Both the position numbers and the translations under genes were made by a program. Shown in pieces: positions 47,817 to 61,522 of a stretch of DNA of 64,000 bases; the stretch's first letter is position 1; every line of letters starts with the position of its first letter. Where the stretch lies: assembly GCA_047495785.1 (NCBI GenBank), contig JBLDXI010000055.1, positions 1-64,000 on the forward strand, written 5' to 3'. The notes beneath the pieces were generated by a model. It did not search any database and was not told where the DNA came from. It was given only the letters and a program-made list of their open reading frames with translations. Source of the stretch: Lepidodermella squamata. Its lineage: Eukaryota; Animalia; Gastrotricha.

Positions 47817-50800
47817 CTACACTTCTGTCGATTGGAAGACCGAGATATCGATATCAACCCCAAGGTTGTTCATGTATTCACGGAAGCGAACCGCGTTCAC
47901 TTCTTCGTCGTCAAGTAACCGCATGCCGGTTACTGACATCTCTTCGATGGAAGGCAGGTCTGCGAGGGTGTCGTTGCTGAGACCACTACTCATGGACGAG
48001 GCTATGGTTGGGCGGAGGTTTGAGACTGGCACACCCTCCATAGCCCGCTCAGAGGATCCCGGCGTCATTGCTAAACCTGCAAATCGTTGTTGGTGATGAG
48101 GACTTGGGCGCACTAACCGATGCTGAGAGGACCCAGTTGCAACCCTCCAACCAGGCGAAGGATTGGTTGGCATTTGTCCAATTGGTGGTCCGGGGTGAAC
48201 GGGCGGCCTATCGAAGATATAAAAAATCAATTTATCAAAGCCCGACACCAGAAACCCACCTGTTTTGATAAGCTATAACTTGCCGATCAGCAGTAGCAAT
48301 CCTAACAGCGACTGTAGTAGAGGGTGAAGACGCCGTGCTGGAGTCCTCACAATAACTAGTTGAATCGTTCGCTGGACCCAGGTCTATAATCCCGCTGGCA
48401 CCGGACGCGTTTGAAGGGCGTCCTATCCCCACAGTTTGTTGCATGATATTTCCAGACATAACAACCATTTGATTGATGGTGCTTGACGAAGACGGAGTGC
48501 CGACATCAGAGGCCGATGGTGAGTAGCGTGACTTCGGCCTTACTTCGAAAGACGTCGATGACATGGGGGATAACAGTAAAGCTTTTGGATCCATTGAAGA
48601 CCTCCCGGACTTTCGAGGGCTTTCACTGTTGAACACCAAGGCTTTTGGTCGACTCGCGAACGAAACGGGCTCACCAGCCTCAGCGTTCGTACTCGACGCA
48701 ACACTAACATCGTCTTGGGTAGTGGCAGACGAGGATTCATTGCTATCAGAGGCGGCAACTTCTTTCACTCGCTTATGGAAAACCCGCGGAACTTCGAAAG
48801 GTAAGCGGGATGGCTTATCGAAAAATACAGTCGGCATGAATTTTTGCAAGCTCTTCGCCGTTTTACCACTGCTTGTCGATTTCACCTTGGCTTCGTTACG
48901 GCGTTTTTCTTCGATTTCAGTGGGAGATATCGGTCTGGGCGGGCCGGCAGGGACGGTGTAAGATGAGTGGGGTTGAAAGACAGTTCGCCGGCTCGACTCT
49001 TTCTTAGGGCTGCGTTTCGACGACTTCTCATGCTTTGAGCTCTTATCATGAAACTTCGCGGAAGAGTATAAGTGATCGATAAGCTTTCCGGCAAGCACTG
49101 CAGGGTTTGAGGAAGATGTCAACTTGGCAGGTTTCGGTGGTAACGGAGGCGCCGAAGCAACGGTATTTGGCGATGTTACCGTTGTAGTTGCTTCACTTTT
49201 CTGACTCTGAATCACCTCAAGATTAACGTAAGTCATCGTGGCTATATCTGCGTTAGCACTTGATGGACGCTGCTGCTTCCTTGGTGTACAGTCAGTCGAT
49301 GGAATTTTACCGGTCGGGTTATCCTTATTACTTCCTATTGACGATATCGAAGGCTGCTGCTGTAAGGAGGGTCTCTTCGAACTACCCCTACGAGCTGGGG
49401 ATGCTTTGCCCTGGGCATGAGGCGAGCTGCTACCTCCTCTGAGGGACGAAGTATTGTCGGCCACATCTTCATCCTCCTCTGGAATAGGCGATGGGCGAGG
49501 TAAAAGTAACGGCAAGGCAACTCCGGTTGTTGGCATCAGGAGACGGCTCTGATCGATGGGTGATGTCACCTCTCTAGCCAGCTCGGCCGAAGTAGACGAG
49601 CTATCACTGTTTCCGTGAGCTTCCGAAGAATTCTCTTCGTGTTCGATTTTCGGCGCCTGATGTTGCTGAGATTTTCCAGCTCCTGATGTGACCTCTACAG
49701 ATTCTGCTGAGGAATTACTATGGGACCGGCTTCGATGCGAGGCTTTGTTGCTAGTCATCGTCGACCTGCGCTCTGGAGTGTGGCGAGATGACGAATCAGA
49801 AACTTCTTCCTCGCCCTCGGACAAATGCTCTATTGTCATGGGTTTCGGAGAAATTTGTTCCTGACTACCGGACATGCTACCACTACTCATCTGTGGGGCT
49901 AACATTGGCATCATGGAACCGGCTCGAGTTTGTCTAAGAGCGGCAACTAACAGCCGTTCGGCTGAACCAGCGGAAGCTACGGACATGCGGCGTTGATGCA
50001 TCAACTCGGAAATCGTTTTCGGCTTCGGCATTTTCGGAGGGTTAGGTGTTGGAATAATCGCTTCGACAATTTTATCGGCTAAAAGTTCGTCGCTAGAAGG
50101 AGAAAAATTACTTGATAAGAATCGACTGAGAGAGGAAAAGCTCTTACATTTGAGCAGTACTGGTACGGGTTGATGCCGAAGGATTCCGAGTAGGAAATCT
50201 TTGTTTAAGATCATTGGGAGATTCGCGACCGCTCCGCCGCGAATCTCCGCCCATGTCGTTCATAGATCCAAAACTATCCATTCGAGACCTAGAACTCTCG
50301 CCCGCCTGACTGAAAGCACTTTTCGTATTCTTTTCCGGTTGATATACCATAATGTAAATTTTTGGATAAAATAGAAATATAAGAGCAGCTGTAGCACTGG
50401 CGCTTATGCAGAAGGACATGAGCGTTTCTCGAGACTCGCTGTTGAAGAAAATCGGCATGAAAGACGACCAGATGGCGCAGGTCGTGTACATGCAGAAGCC
50501 GATGAATTTCGCCTCGTTAAAGTTCTCCGGCATGTTCCGCGTTCGAACTGCGTACAGCGTACACATGACCATGAGGAACATGTCGAATCCAAACGGGACC
50601 ATTATATCATAATCTGATACTTTACATTTCAACCGGACTTCTTTTCGATTTTCTTGCGGGTATACAAGATCAGAGCCAGCCTAATAAAAGCGATAGACCT
50701 TCATATAAATCTAAATAAGGGTGTTAAAATGACTTACAGGGTCCAGAATGAGCATAAGAGTGATTATAACGCATTCAGTACCAACAATTATACACGTAAT

Positions 50801-53421
50801 GACAACTTGAGCTGAAGCGCTGAGGAAGCGCGGTTTGCGTGTTATGATTTTCTTCTTGCTACCTGAAAGTATGCGTGCTATTCGATTGGTTTTTGTTGCC
50901 AAGGCGCCGTAGATGAGCGAGAAAGAGAATCCGGGTAAGATGCGGTTGAGATAGCAGCTTATTAGCGTAGGCTTCATGAGAAGTGGCACCGTGGTGAGGT
51001 AGGACAAGAAAACGCCGGCGAGGATGATGTACGTCAACTCGCGGGTTGAGGCCTTAACAACGGGCGTTGAGTTGTGGCGCACGAAGATGATGAGCACGAA
51101 GGCACATGATAGAACTCCGAACAGCGAGAACACAACACAAATTATGGAATCTTTATCCATCAGGCTTTTGTACTTGATTTCCAAAGGCAAGCAAGCTGAA
51201 ACAAAAAGGTCCCCCTTAATAAATCTGAAATCGTCAACTTCGCGAAAACTCACCAGTCAAATTGTCATCGGGCCACCATCCTTTTTGGCAAGCCATGCAA
51301 CGACTATCACTGATAATATACTCGTGCTCTAAGCACTGTTGACATGACCAGCAACATGGGACTCCTCCTTCTTGTATTTTCTGTAAAAATATTTGAAAAG
51401 CTTTAGCCATGCCAAGGTTCTACAACCGTTGAATCTACCTTAACTTTGCCTTTTTCGCAGGGCTTACTGCATACAGATTCTATCAGACGCTCTTGATCAT
51501 CTGTGATGTTCAGCCATTCGATTGGTTCTTTGATGATGAGTTTACCCGAGTCCCACCAGCCGATTTTGTGGTAGCGGTAGTTCCTCGTAGTGTCATTGAA
51601 GCGGAAATTCATAATTTCATAACGGCCAACACCGTCCATCGAATCGTCGAACATTATTGAATCATTTGCGTAGGAAAGAAAGCTGACATTGCGGAGATAA
51701 GACCATACCATTGAGCCATTAATAGTTTGGTTGATGTGCGGGCAACCTGAGAAATCCCTCGGGTTCGGACACATCACCTTCAGCATGTCGTGAAAGGCGT
51801 GAGCAATTGCGTAGACAGCATTTACAACAAAACCCAACTTGGCCTCTTGCACGATGGATGAAGGAGTGATTCGCTGCTCGGGACTAGTAGGATCACAAGG
51901 CTTCTTGCGACCGTAAATCGCCCGGTCGAAAGTGCAGTTGAACTTCCACTCCCAGTACTCTTGAAACCAAGGATTCCTCTCGTTGGTTAAAGGACTGAGG
52001 CGGCTGAAATGCTCCTCAAAACCGTCGATTTTGGGCGAGTGTAAATTGATCGATACACCTCCATTTGCAGTAGATTCAATGCCTTTTACGATCTCCTCAC
52101 GAACGTTCCAGCCATCACTGCCTAAAACAATGAATTTCCCATCGTAATCGGGGTGCATTCGGCGGTAATGAAGTGACGCGTTGTAAATTCCACGCACAGC
52201 CCAGCCATCACAGAAGCATACAATTATTTTCGCTTTGTCTTTGCCTTTTGAGCGAATTTCATTGATCAGCTCCATGTATTGCCCGTCATGAGTTGGCACA
52301 TTCGCCTTAAGCTTCTTATCGACGGCGATGCAAGCGCCTGTTTTCGATAAAATCGTCTTAAATTCTTCGATTCCGTTTTCACCGTACATGCCATCAGTGT
52401 GAACCTATTGATTGTAAACAGAAAACGGACAAACATTTAAAAATCCACCTCCACAGAAAAATGAGTCATTCTTAGCTTTTCGATGTACGAAAATAAATTG
52501 AAATAATGTACATTACTTGCTACCTGAGAGCTGAATGATGAATAATATGGGTGAAATGTTAAGCGTTTCATCGATTGATAAAATGAGGAGTCCTCTACCC
52601 TCCCTAAAAATAGGACGCAGACAATCATAAAAACTTACAGCGTGGATGTAAGTCCAATTGTGATGAACAATAATGTCGACTAAAGCTCTAGCCTGTTGCC
52701 TATCTGAGGGTACGACTCGGGAGAAGAACCTGTGCTTGCTCTTCTCACTGAGCTCAACAGCAGTTGCGCCAAAGTCAATTTCTGGAATTTCAAACAGCTG
52801 CAGGACATTCTGAATCGGCCCGCTGATTGTCGAAGAGCCTGGCCCGATTAAGGCGGCTATCGTTTTGCCGCGTTGTTGCGGGCTGCATTCGGCGCCCCTA
52901 GCAGGCGATACAGCTTGGCCGGATGTAGACGCCGCATCGACTCCTCCGGTCATCTGTTTGTCTAATGTACCTATTTTGTTGCGGATGAAATCGATTGATT
53001 GCTCAAGCGCGACGGGTATTGTCCAGCATGAGTCGCGAACGTCGTAGCCGAGTTTAATGCCGGGTAATAAATCATCACTATCGTTGATCTCGTCGACAGT
53101 CCTGAAAAACTGTTCGAGGCGCTGGATGCCGTACGCCTCCCAAATGATGCCACAAGCTTGACGGTAGTCGTTTTTCTTATCGCTTTGTCTGTGCATCGGC
53201 ATGAGAACGCCAATCATTATATCACCGTCCATGTAGGCGCGTTTCGTTCGCGCTTTGAGCGACTGGTCCAACTGCGCCGTCGTGACGGTGAACGCCACGG
53301 CGGCGAGCAGAAGCAGTCGCTGTAGGCACGAACCCGGTAACGCGCTATTCGGTGGAGATAACGGTGAAATTCGTCGAAGAACAGCGGTGAAATCAGCAGC
53401 GGCAACAAATGCATTATGCAT
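47817..53421 (-). CDS. Metabotropic glutamate receptor, group I (mGluR1/5-like), with a very long C-terminal tail
   Basis: Venus flytrap domain (YGIQRLEQ, DSCW, GPGSS, FFSRVVPSD, GSDGW, NPWFQEYW), Cys-rich domain and 7TM region with the group I-type loop KTNRIARILSGSKKKIITRKPRFLSASAQ and PENFNEAKFIGFCMYTTC. Tail exons 50092-48260 and 48207-47817 end in -STEV. Confidence 0.92.
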
Positions 53422-54589
53422 TTGCCGTCGAGGCCCTAGAACCACGTAGTAGCGCCAGTTTTTTTTACATCAAAATTGTTAGAAAAAAATCTAGAGCAAA
53501 GAAATACGCGAGTGAGTACGACACGTATGATGAATTAGACGTAATAGTAGGTACATCGATAGAATTGTCGAGCTAATGCGCGCGCTGGAAAAGGAAATCG
53601 CAGTAAGAAATGGCGCTCTAATCACCTTGATGCGTGAAAAGCGCGCGCTCACGGCGGATGTTTGTGTGAGCGAAAAAAGTTGACCTTGAACAGGGCTTGG
53701 CTTGGCCAGAAAAAAAAACAGCGGAAAAGTTATCGAAGCGGGTGAAAATTTTTGGTGATTACTGCGCAAGTGCGGCGCGAATAAACAAGCGTGACGCAGT
53801 GATCCGTATAGCCAATCATTGACTCGCCACCCCGTCTACTATCAACAAGTATAATGCCGATAATAATAACAAACATGGCCAAATTTTTTGGTTGCCACAG
53901 TAATAATTCGGCGTCATTATGGCATGTACGGGTTAGCATCGCCCGTTCTCCCTTGTTGTCCTGTGGCAGCGGCCAGTCTCTGTGAAATAACAATAATAAT
54001 GATTATCGTCATCATTGTAGGAACGTTGTATATAGTAGAGCCTTTTATTCAGATGCAGATAATACGCCTATTGTAATAACAATGTGCGCGTATTTTTTCG
54101 TTGCCGATCGGTCGTCGGTCGCGAGCCGGCCACAATGTCGCCGATACAGGCGCATGTTTTTACACGCTTTTAACCGAGCTATTGATCGAGATTCGCCTTA
54201 CAGATATGCGAATAGATAAATATATAGACAGGCCTCTTGTAGTACACGCCGCTAAATTACTATTATCACAGAAGCGGCCGCAACGTCCGCGCCTCGACAA
54301 TACGACAAACACGAATGTTCGATTTAGTGTTTCGCTGTCGTAGTACTAGTAGTAGACTGCAATCGCGCTATAGATCGTTCGTCATTTCATGCGCCCATTA
54401 TTATTACTATTATTATGACTATTATTTTGTCCGCAGCCAACATTCATCGTTGCAATCTCGCGACAACAAAATAACACGCGCGCGCTTGTGTTCCGGATGC
54501 GCGTGTATGTTGCTTGCTGAAAAATGCGCTCCCTATCTCTGATGTATGGCGCCAGAGTCGCCGGCGTCGCGCCTCGTCCGTCGCCCAGT

Positions 54590-54624
54590 CGCCGCTGCCG
54601 CCGCCGCCGCCGCCGCGCTGCCGG
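54590..54624. repeat. CCG/CGG microsatellite in the mGluR upstream region
   Basis: CGCCGCTGCCGCCGCCGCCGCCGCCGCGCTGCCGG lies within a CG-rich non-coding stretch. Confidence 0.7.
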
Positions 54625-56905
54625 TCTTATCGAGAGCGCGATAATACAGCAGACGTACTGTAATGACAATAATGCAAGCGAAAAAATAACAATTTTCAGG
54701 CGGCTGGCCGTTCGCAATTGGCGACTGGCCGGCGTGTTAGTTTTTCACGCTGGGCGTATGTTTTGCGCTTCGATGCCTCCGGATTATACAAGCGGCGCCG
54801 CGCTATTTTCACTTTACTTTTGTTTTCCAGCCACGTAGTTTTAACAAAATTCCGCGCGCGCGCGTGTTGCAACACTACGGCTTCTCCCGAGAATGACAGC
54901 AGCATCATCATCGCCAGGGACAAATAATCGAAGTAATTCAACGACAATGATGGGCTGTCGTTGAGATTGGCGCCGCATTTTCACTGCTACAACAATTCAC
55001 CGCATCACGCGGCGATAAAACCTAAAATGTATTTGGGGAAAAGCAACCCGTTTATGCCTATACTCCCGCACTCAATCTTAGGGAAGAAAAGGCTAGCTTA
55101 ATGTCATTACTCGAATTTCTGCGCTGGAAGTCAGCAGTCATCTATCACCCACACACACGGACATCGCGGCAATAAATGTTGTTATCAAAGCCGCAGCATA
55201 AAATCAGAACGAGAAAGCGCAACATGCAGGGAGGGGCGGGTAAAAAATCCTACAAAGCATCGGCGCGGAAATTCGGATGAGTTGGAATTTTTAGGCAAAA
55301 AAATCGTCCTACGTTATAACCGGCAATATAATATCAAATATTGGCTGAATTAACATGCAAATAATGCGTTTGCCTCGGGCGCTTGAGCGGTTGTTTGTAA
55401 GAAAAAAAATCAGCGGCTCTATATCATATATGATAATGATGACATCGCGTATATTTGTCGTTATTTGAAATCTGAACTAGATTATGCAGTAAAACAGGAT
55501 GCTGAATGGCAATTAAAGCATGAGTGCCGCCACACCCGCTGTTTTTCTGATTATCAAATTTCTGAATGAGTTGGGACGGAATACAAGTTGTCCCCATTTT
55601 TGGAATCTATTGTCCTCGGCATATCGGCTCGAACTCGAATTATGACTTGTTAGAAAGTTCCGAGATGGCAGTAAATAGACTGAATTAATAAAGGAACGCA
55701 ATTGATGGAGAACAGGTCAAACGGATACGAGAAAATTTTCCTTCCTGTTTAGAAGTAGTTATGACCGATTTTTTCCGTTGATGCAATTATGTATGCCGCT
55801 CTAGTAACTGCAGCGGTTTGTGTCTATAATTGCTTCGATCAAAATATAATGACAAGCGTTTCCCTACTTACTTGTCATCGGCAGAGTGAGCCCTGGATCA
55901 CTTTTGAGTGTAGGAAATGGAAGTTTGGGGCTCAAAACATCAAATTACTCAGTAAAATAGCGCTGCAACCTTTCGATATTTCAGAGTCTCATGAGGAAAT
56001 AGTAAAATGCTTCGAGCAAGTGCTTGAAAATAACTGCTTCCCTTATTACTTGACCAGATCGGGAAGAATTCAAAGAAACAATAACTTTAATCTCTCAGGC
56101 CGGCACGCAATAAGCTTGGAAGTGCTGGAAATGGCTCATCAAATAATGTTCATGGATTTCAGCTTATCGTTACTATTTCAGCGTTATCCAGCTTATAAAA
56201 TGTCAGCACTCTAAAGATAGAATTTTCTTCAATTTTAAGCCAGCTTATATCCCGATTAAACTTCAATAATTTTGTATTTTTGCTTTATTTCCTAGTTCAG
56301 TAGAATTTGAAACGACCTGGAAAGACACTGCTTCCCGCCGGGCACGACTCGCCCTAGGGCCTCAACAAAACTATTGTCGAAATCAATTAATAACTCACTT
56401 TTTATTACAAAATCTTCGATAGGATATGGTATTAGCCAAAACAAAATTTGCAGGCATAAATAGGATCCTTTCGAGTTATGACAAACAGGGCGCTAATTGA
56501 TCCAAGTATTGCTATTTAGTCAACATATTCATCTGCATATTTATTTCAAAAACTCCAAATATGATAGGAAAAATCACATGTTAGGGAAAGTCAAGGAACT
56601 CACTCATTCAACTAGAAAGTCAAGATTTTAGCACTACAATTGTCGCATTTTAGCGATATTAGATATGTATATATAAGTTGCACATTGCATTGTATGTTAA
56701 CACGGTCGCATTGATCTGGGCAAGTGGAAAACATGTTTTAGATATTACTCATTGGATGAAAGAACCAGACGTCCGCGGCTTGCAACAAATTAAGGCAGTG
56801 GTCAAGGCAAATGTCATATAAAATAACTCTCACCGTTAACATAACAATCATCAGTCAAGATCGCAAGGTTAGTTTTAAAGCGTTCTGTTCGTCATTCTTA
56901 GCAGT

Positions 56906-58153
56906 TTATTTAGTCTTATTCTCCGGCCGCGCGTGAGGAGGAGCGAGACTCGGGAAGGTATGGCCAACAACAAAGTTTCCGACACCGATATAATAGACGG
57001 TCTGGGCGATTCCGAATAGCGGCGCTGTGACCAAGATACGGCAAAAGCCGCCCTTGAAAAACGCTTTTATCCCTTCACCTCGCAACGTTTTTCTGAAAAA
57101 AAAAACCAATTAGAATCAAAATCAAAATGATTATTCAAGGTGAATGAACTTACACAAAGCAATCAACGATGCCTTTGTATTCTTGTTCGCCCGGTTTCTT
57201 TTCAATGGTTTGCAAACGAGTTTTCACCACTGTGATCGATAAAAATTCAATTTGCGAAAATAGTTTGCGAATTCTCATTTACCATCGAACGGTGTGACGA
57301 TAAAAGCGCTGAATGCAGCCGCCACTAACCCGGCCAGCATGGTGTGTTGTGCTACGGTTTCGTTTGTGTCTGGTCTCTTAGCTCCCTGGAGAAGGGTAGA
57401 AACATTTCATAGCAAATGAAATTAGGAGAAACAAATACATACCAGCGCATTCAAATTAGCAAACAGCGGAAAGTAGAACACGGAAAAGGAAACGTCTCGC
57501 AGCGCAGTAGGCCTCAAGCCGCGATATAAACCGAAAATACCGCGTTCTCGAATGAGGTTAGCCGCAAGACGAGAGGCGGTAAGACGCGGTCCTTTGCTTT
57601 CGCCGGATGATTCTACATAATTATTTCAGACATTGATTACCAAAGAAAAGCAGGCGATACCTTTTCTGCCCGCATCTTGCATCTGAATTTTAAGAAGCTC
57701 CATAGGCGTGGTGATAATAATTTGGCAAAGTCCAGCAGAACCTCCAGCAAGCATTTCACGAGGAATCGTCAAGCGATTTTGGCTGTCTCGTAAATGATAC
57801 CGGAAAAAGTCATTACCAACCAACTTGATAGCTTTCTCCGGAGTGATCAGCAATAAATTGACAGCAGCCCCTCGATAGCAACCGAAAAAGCCTTCCTTTT
57901 TGAAGGTTTTCTTAGCACAGTCGAACAGACTCGAGTACTCGAGTTGGCCATTTGCTAGCGGCTGTTGGTTTTGAAGGCGAGTTTTGACTAAATCGATAGG
58001 AAACACGCATGTTACACCCACGATTCCAGCGAATCCACCGTCAATAATCTTGGGGATGGGGCTGAATTGAAACAAACCGGAATAATATCCGCAGCATTGT
58101 AATTTGAATACTTACAAGAAAGTTTCCACCTGCTGCTGTCCTGCTGGAGCCAT
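56906..58153 (-). CDS. SLC25A22: Mitochondrial glutamate carrier (GC1/GC2, SLC25A22/SLC25A18 family)
   Basis: [60 protein letters not shown] and [16 protein letters not shown]. Multi-exon, with ATG at 58153. Confidence 0.92.
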
Positions 58154-58257
58154 TTCAAAATTTAGTAACCCGTCTAGAATAATGATCGTATATTGAAAAG
58201 TTCAGCATTTTAATATTAAACGACGAAAGACAGGTACAAAACAAGCGTAAGCACGGG

Positions 58258-58896
58258 TTAAACATCGGGCTGAGTTTCGCCAGAGGCGATAGCCTCTTGA
58301 AGAGCTGACAAGATTTCACTGGTCATTTTCAATGTAGGATCGTTATCTACTGCTTCCACTTGCTCATTTATCTGACGCAGCTGTTCAGACAGAGTTGTCA
58401 TATTCATAGCGATGACCTTTTCCAATCTCTCAAGCACACCTCGTCGAGATAGAACCTGTCTATCGGCCATTACGCGCAAAGTTTCGCGAGCTTGTGTCGG
58501 TCGAAGTTCATTGATGAGATATTGGGAGTTAACAAATAGCGTTTTTAAATCCTCCAATTTGTTTTCACGAAACTGACTCTCCGGCGAGCGAACGATAACA
58601 TCGAGTAGATCAAGAAAACTGGCTAAAATACTTCGATTAAGTTTGTGCAGTTCTCCGCGAACCGAGTAATTCTGCGGATACAAACGGCGCACGTCTTGTA
58701 AATCCCACGACTGATTAGGTGAGGGATCAGGGGTTCCGAAAGTCATGCTTGGTCCCTCAGGAATAGGCGGTGGCTTCGGAGCAGCATTCTTCGCTATCAT
58801 TTCGTCTGTATAATTTTGAATATAAACCCATGGCGGGGGAGGGAATGAGGAATTGTACGCAGAATTCGATTGTTGTGATTGATTCAGATCACTCAT
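58258..58896 (-). CDS. MED7: Mediator subunit 7, intronless CDS
   Basis: SSFPPPP, ELHKLNRSILASFLDLLD, KLEDLKTLFVN and LINELRPTQARETL. Confidence 0.95.
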   Translation of the reverse strand: MSDLNQSQQSNSAYNSSFPPPPWVYIQNYTDEMIAKNAAPKPPPIPEGPSMTFGTPDPSPNQSWDLQDVRRLYPQNYSVRGELHKLNRSILASFLDLLDVIVRSPESQFRENKLEDLKTLFVNSQYLINELRPTQARETLRVMADRQVLSRRGVLERLEKVIAMNMTTLSEQLRQINEQVEAVDNDPTLKMTSEILSALQEAIASGETQPDV

Positions 58897-59464
58897 TGTA
58901 AATCTATGCCCTGTAATTGGAAAAGATACAATTATATAAGCAAGACTGCCGAAATTGGGATGCCAGAGTAAGATTGTTCACAAGGAAGTACTGTTATACG
59001 CGATAAAAGTAATCGAGCAATGAGCAAATGTTACAAGTTCAATTCAAAGCAGTTACTCATACGACCGGTCTGATTTTTGCCTCAGAGGCTAACATCACAC
59101 ATCACTGAATCCATAATGATGTTTGATGTGGCCAAAATACTTACTTATCCCGCAACAAAGAAAACACTAAGCACTAAGCATTAGCATAAGCCTTTCGACA
59201 CCCGACTGCTTCCACCATCCCATCATTCCATGATCCATCTCAAGGCAAAAACTTGGCAAAAAATGAATGAAAATGGAAAAAAATCGCTACATTTTGCGCG
59301 CCAAAATGTCATACTATCTTGATTGATTTTAATTTACTATCGAGAGGTTTGTTTCTTTATTAATAAAAAATTCCTTTGTATAATTTAGATATTTGAAGCG
59401 CGCTATTTTTTTTTCTTGCCGAGGTTTTTTTGTGTTTTTTTAGAAGCGCAACTCTCGAAGAAGC

Positions 59465-59506
59465 GTGCCAGTGCCAAGTGCCAAGTGCCAAAGTGGAAAG
59501 TGGAAC
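59465..59506. repeat. Short GTGCCAA/GTGGAAA tandem repeat in the divergent MED7 / TPR-RRM promoter
   Basis: GTGCCA-GTGCCAA-GTGCCAA-GTGCCAAA-GTGGAAA-GTGGAA. Confidence 0.6.
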
Positions 59507-59807
59507 ACACGGAAGCTGGTGTGGTTGATTAATGGAGTCCCGTCAAGCAATTTCGGCCCTATCTTCATCTTCCGTCATTTGAAATGGAGTGTTGCGCAAT
59601 AATGATTGTGCGTCAGCTGTCAGCTGTTGTCTTTTTAGTGACTGGATTGGGCCGAAATCGCTTGACGGGTCTCAATTCATGTTGGATGACTGATCATTTT
59701 CTGTTGCACACTTGGAAATTTCTGCTCGCTCCATTTTTGCGCTGTTTATTTGAGGTTTATGTTTGTTCACCGTATGCCTCTTTCTCTAGGTTCAAATTTG
59801 CTGAGCT

Positions 59808-61522
59808 ATGTATTATGATAGCGTAGCCAAAGCTGTTATTGTTCCTGATGTAAAGAACGACTCAAAGTTGGAGCAGGATGTCCACAGGAAGCAGAGCATC
59901 GAGCATGCTAGTAATTTTTAAGATTGCCTGTCTGCTTGAAATTATACCTGTATTTTTCTCAGGGAGTGCTCAAAAAATGTTCAAGCAAGGTCTCTACCAA
60001 GAAGCAGCTACAGCTTTCTCTAGGGCCATTCAGGAGTATCCGGACGATCCCTCGTTTTATTCTAACAGAGCTCTTTGCTATTTAGAGATAGGAAATTACA
60101 ACAGGTACATGTTTATTTTTTTCTCCGTATGAGGTCATATAATGTTTTCTCATTTTCAAGTGCTATCACTGACTGTGCGATTGCTTTGCGTTCCGACCCA
60201 AAAAGCATCAAATTCATGTATCGTAAAAGTTTAGCTTTGTTCGGAGCTGGACAGGTTACCGAGGCTTTGGAGTGCTTGTTGCAATCTCTCTCTATGGGAC
60301 CTTCAGAGACTGAGCAATCTGAAATATTGGAAAAGTTAGAAACCTTCAGTGGTGTTCTTCCAGACGGCGAGAGAGCAACTTGGCGTAAACACATTGTTGA
60401 TGCCCAAAAGCAAATCAGCGAGGGCTGGACTAGCTCCAAGAAAGATCACGCGACTGGGAATCGTGAGAAAAAAACCATCGACGCCTTATCTGAGTAAGAT
60501 TGCCTCTATACCTATCTCTGAAAGGTAATTATCATTCTGAATTTTAGTCGAACTAATCCCCTTCGTGCAACGATGCTTCAAATTAAGAATTTTTCGGGAA
60601 CTATGGCAACAGAAAAGGAATTGAAAAGACTCTTGAAGCCTTTTGGGAAAATAACTAGTATTTCTATCGGCAGCAATTGTACCTACGTTACGCTGACTTC
60701 GGCCGATGCTGCTGCTCATGCGTTGGATGCTCTTGACGGTTTTGACTTCTATGGGTCCGCCTTGTCAGTCCGTTACAAGCTAGGACAAAGCGAAAACGCT
60801 GATCCCAAATTGAAACCAGATGTTCAGGCGGTCACTAAGAAAATGGCTGGAGTGTCGATTGATGCTCCACCCAGGGCACCAGGCGATGGTTTGAAGCCGA
60901 AACCGCCACCTGTAAATTTAGCAGCCCCTCATCATACTGTTTGTTTGGAACCGCTTCCTCAAGCGTGCACTGAAGACGATTTGTGGATGATTGCTGCTCA
61001 ACACGGTAGCATTGTTAGGGTCAGTATTGATCGCACGAGGCGTGCTGGTTTTATCGAATACACCGATATTCGAATGGCCTTGGGCGCCGTGCATCACCTT
61101 CATGGCTTCACTATTTTCAACTTCCCTGTGACGGCATCGATTGTCGGCGATATCAATCGTCAAATGATTTCACCGTTGCCAAATCGCCCTCCATCGGCTG
61201 CTGGTGGACCACAAGGATTGTACAATGACGGAATCAAGCGTGACTTCAGAGTTTTGTGGCTTGGAAATTTATGCCCCGACATGACAGTAGAAGCTGTTAA
61301 AACCATGTTCCAGCGGTATGTTTATTTTGCTGATTTCAGTATTTTATGATTTTCCGTGTTTTGCCAAGATTTCGACCAACGAGTGCCGCGGTTTTCACAT
61401 CGACGAACTCGGGTTTTGTTAACTTTGCAAATGAAGCCGATGCAGCGAACGCTATGCGTGAACTCCAAGGTGCTAAAGTCAAGAATTTCGTGATGAAGAT
61501 CGAATACAAGAAACTGAAATGA
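59808..61522 (+). CDS. TPR + three-RRM protein, paralog 1 (TTC31-like architecture)
   Basis: The first coding exon reads MYYDSVAKAVIV. TPRs follow (FKQGLYQEAATAFSRAI...FYSNRALCY; DCAIAL..DPKSIKFMYRK), then RRMs (LQIKNFS..; RAGFIEYTD; LWLGNL...SGFVNFANE). Stop at 61520-61522. Confidence 0.8.

Noticed and set aside
48235-50214. 659-aa ORF as an independent gene
   Set aside because: It splices in frame to the mGluR 7TM exon and to the terminal exon through canonical short introns, so it is treated as the receptor tail.
53450-56300. Numerous short ORFs upstream of mGluR
   Set aside because: They are low-complexity with no homology cues, and are better explained as regulatory or 5' UTR sequence and repeat remnants.
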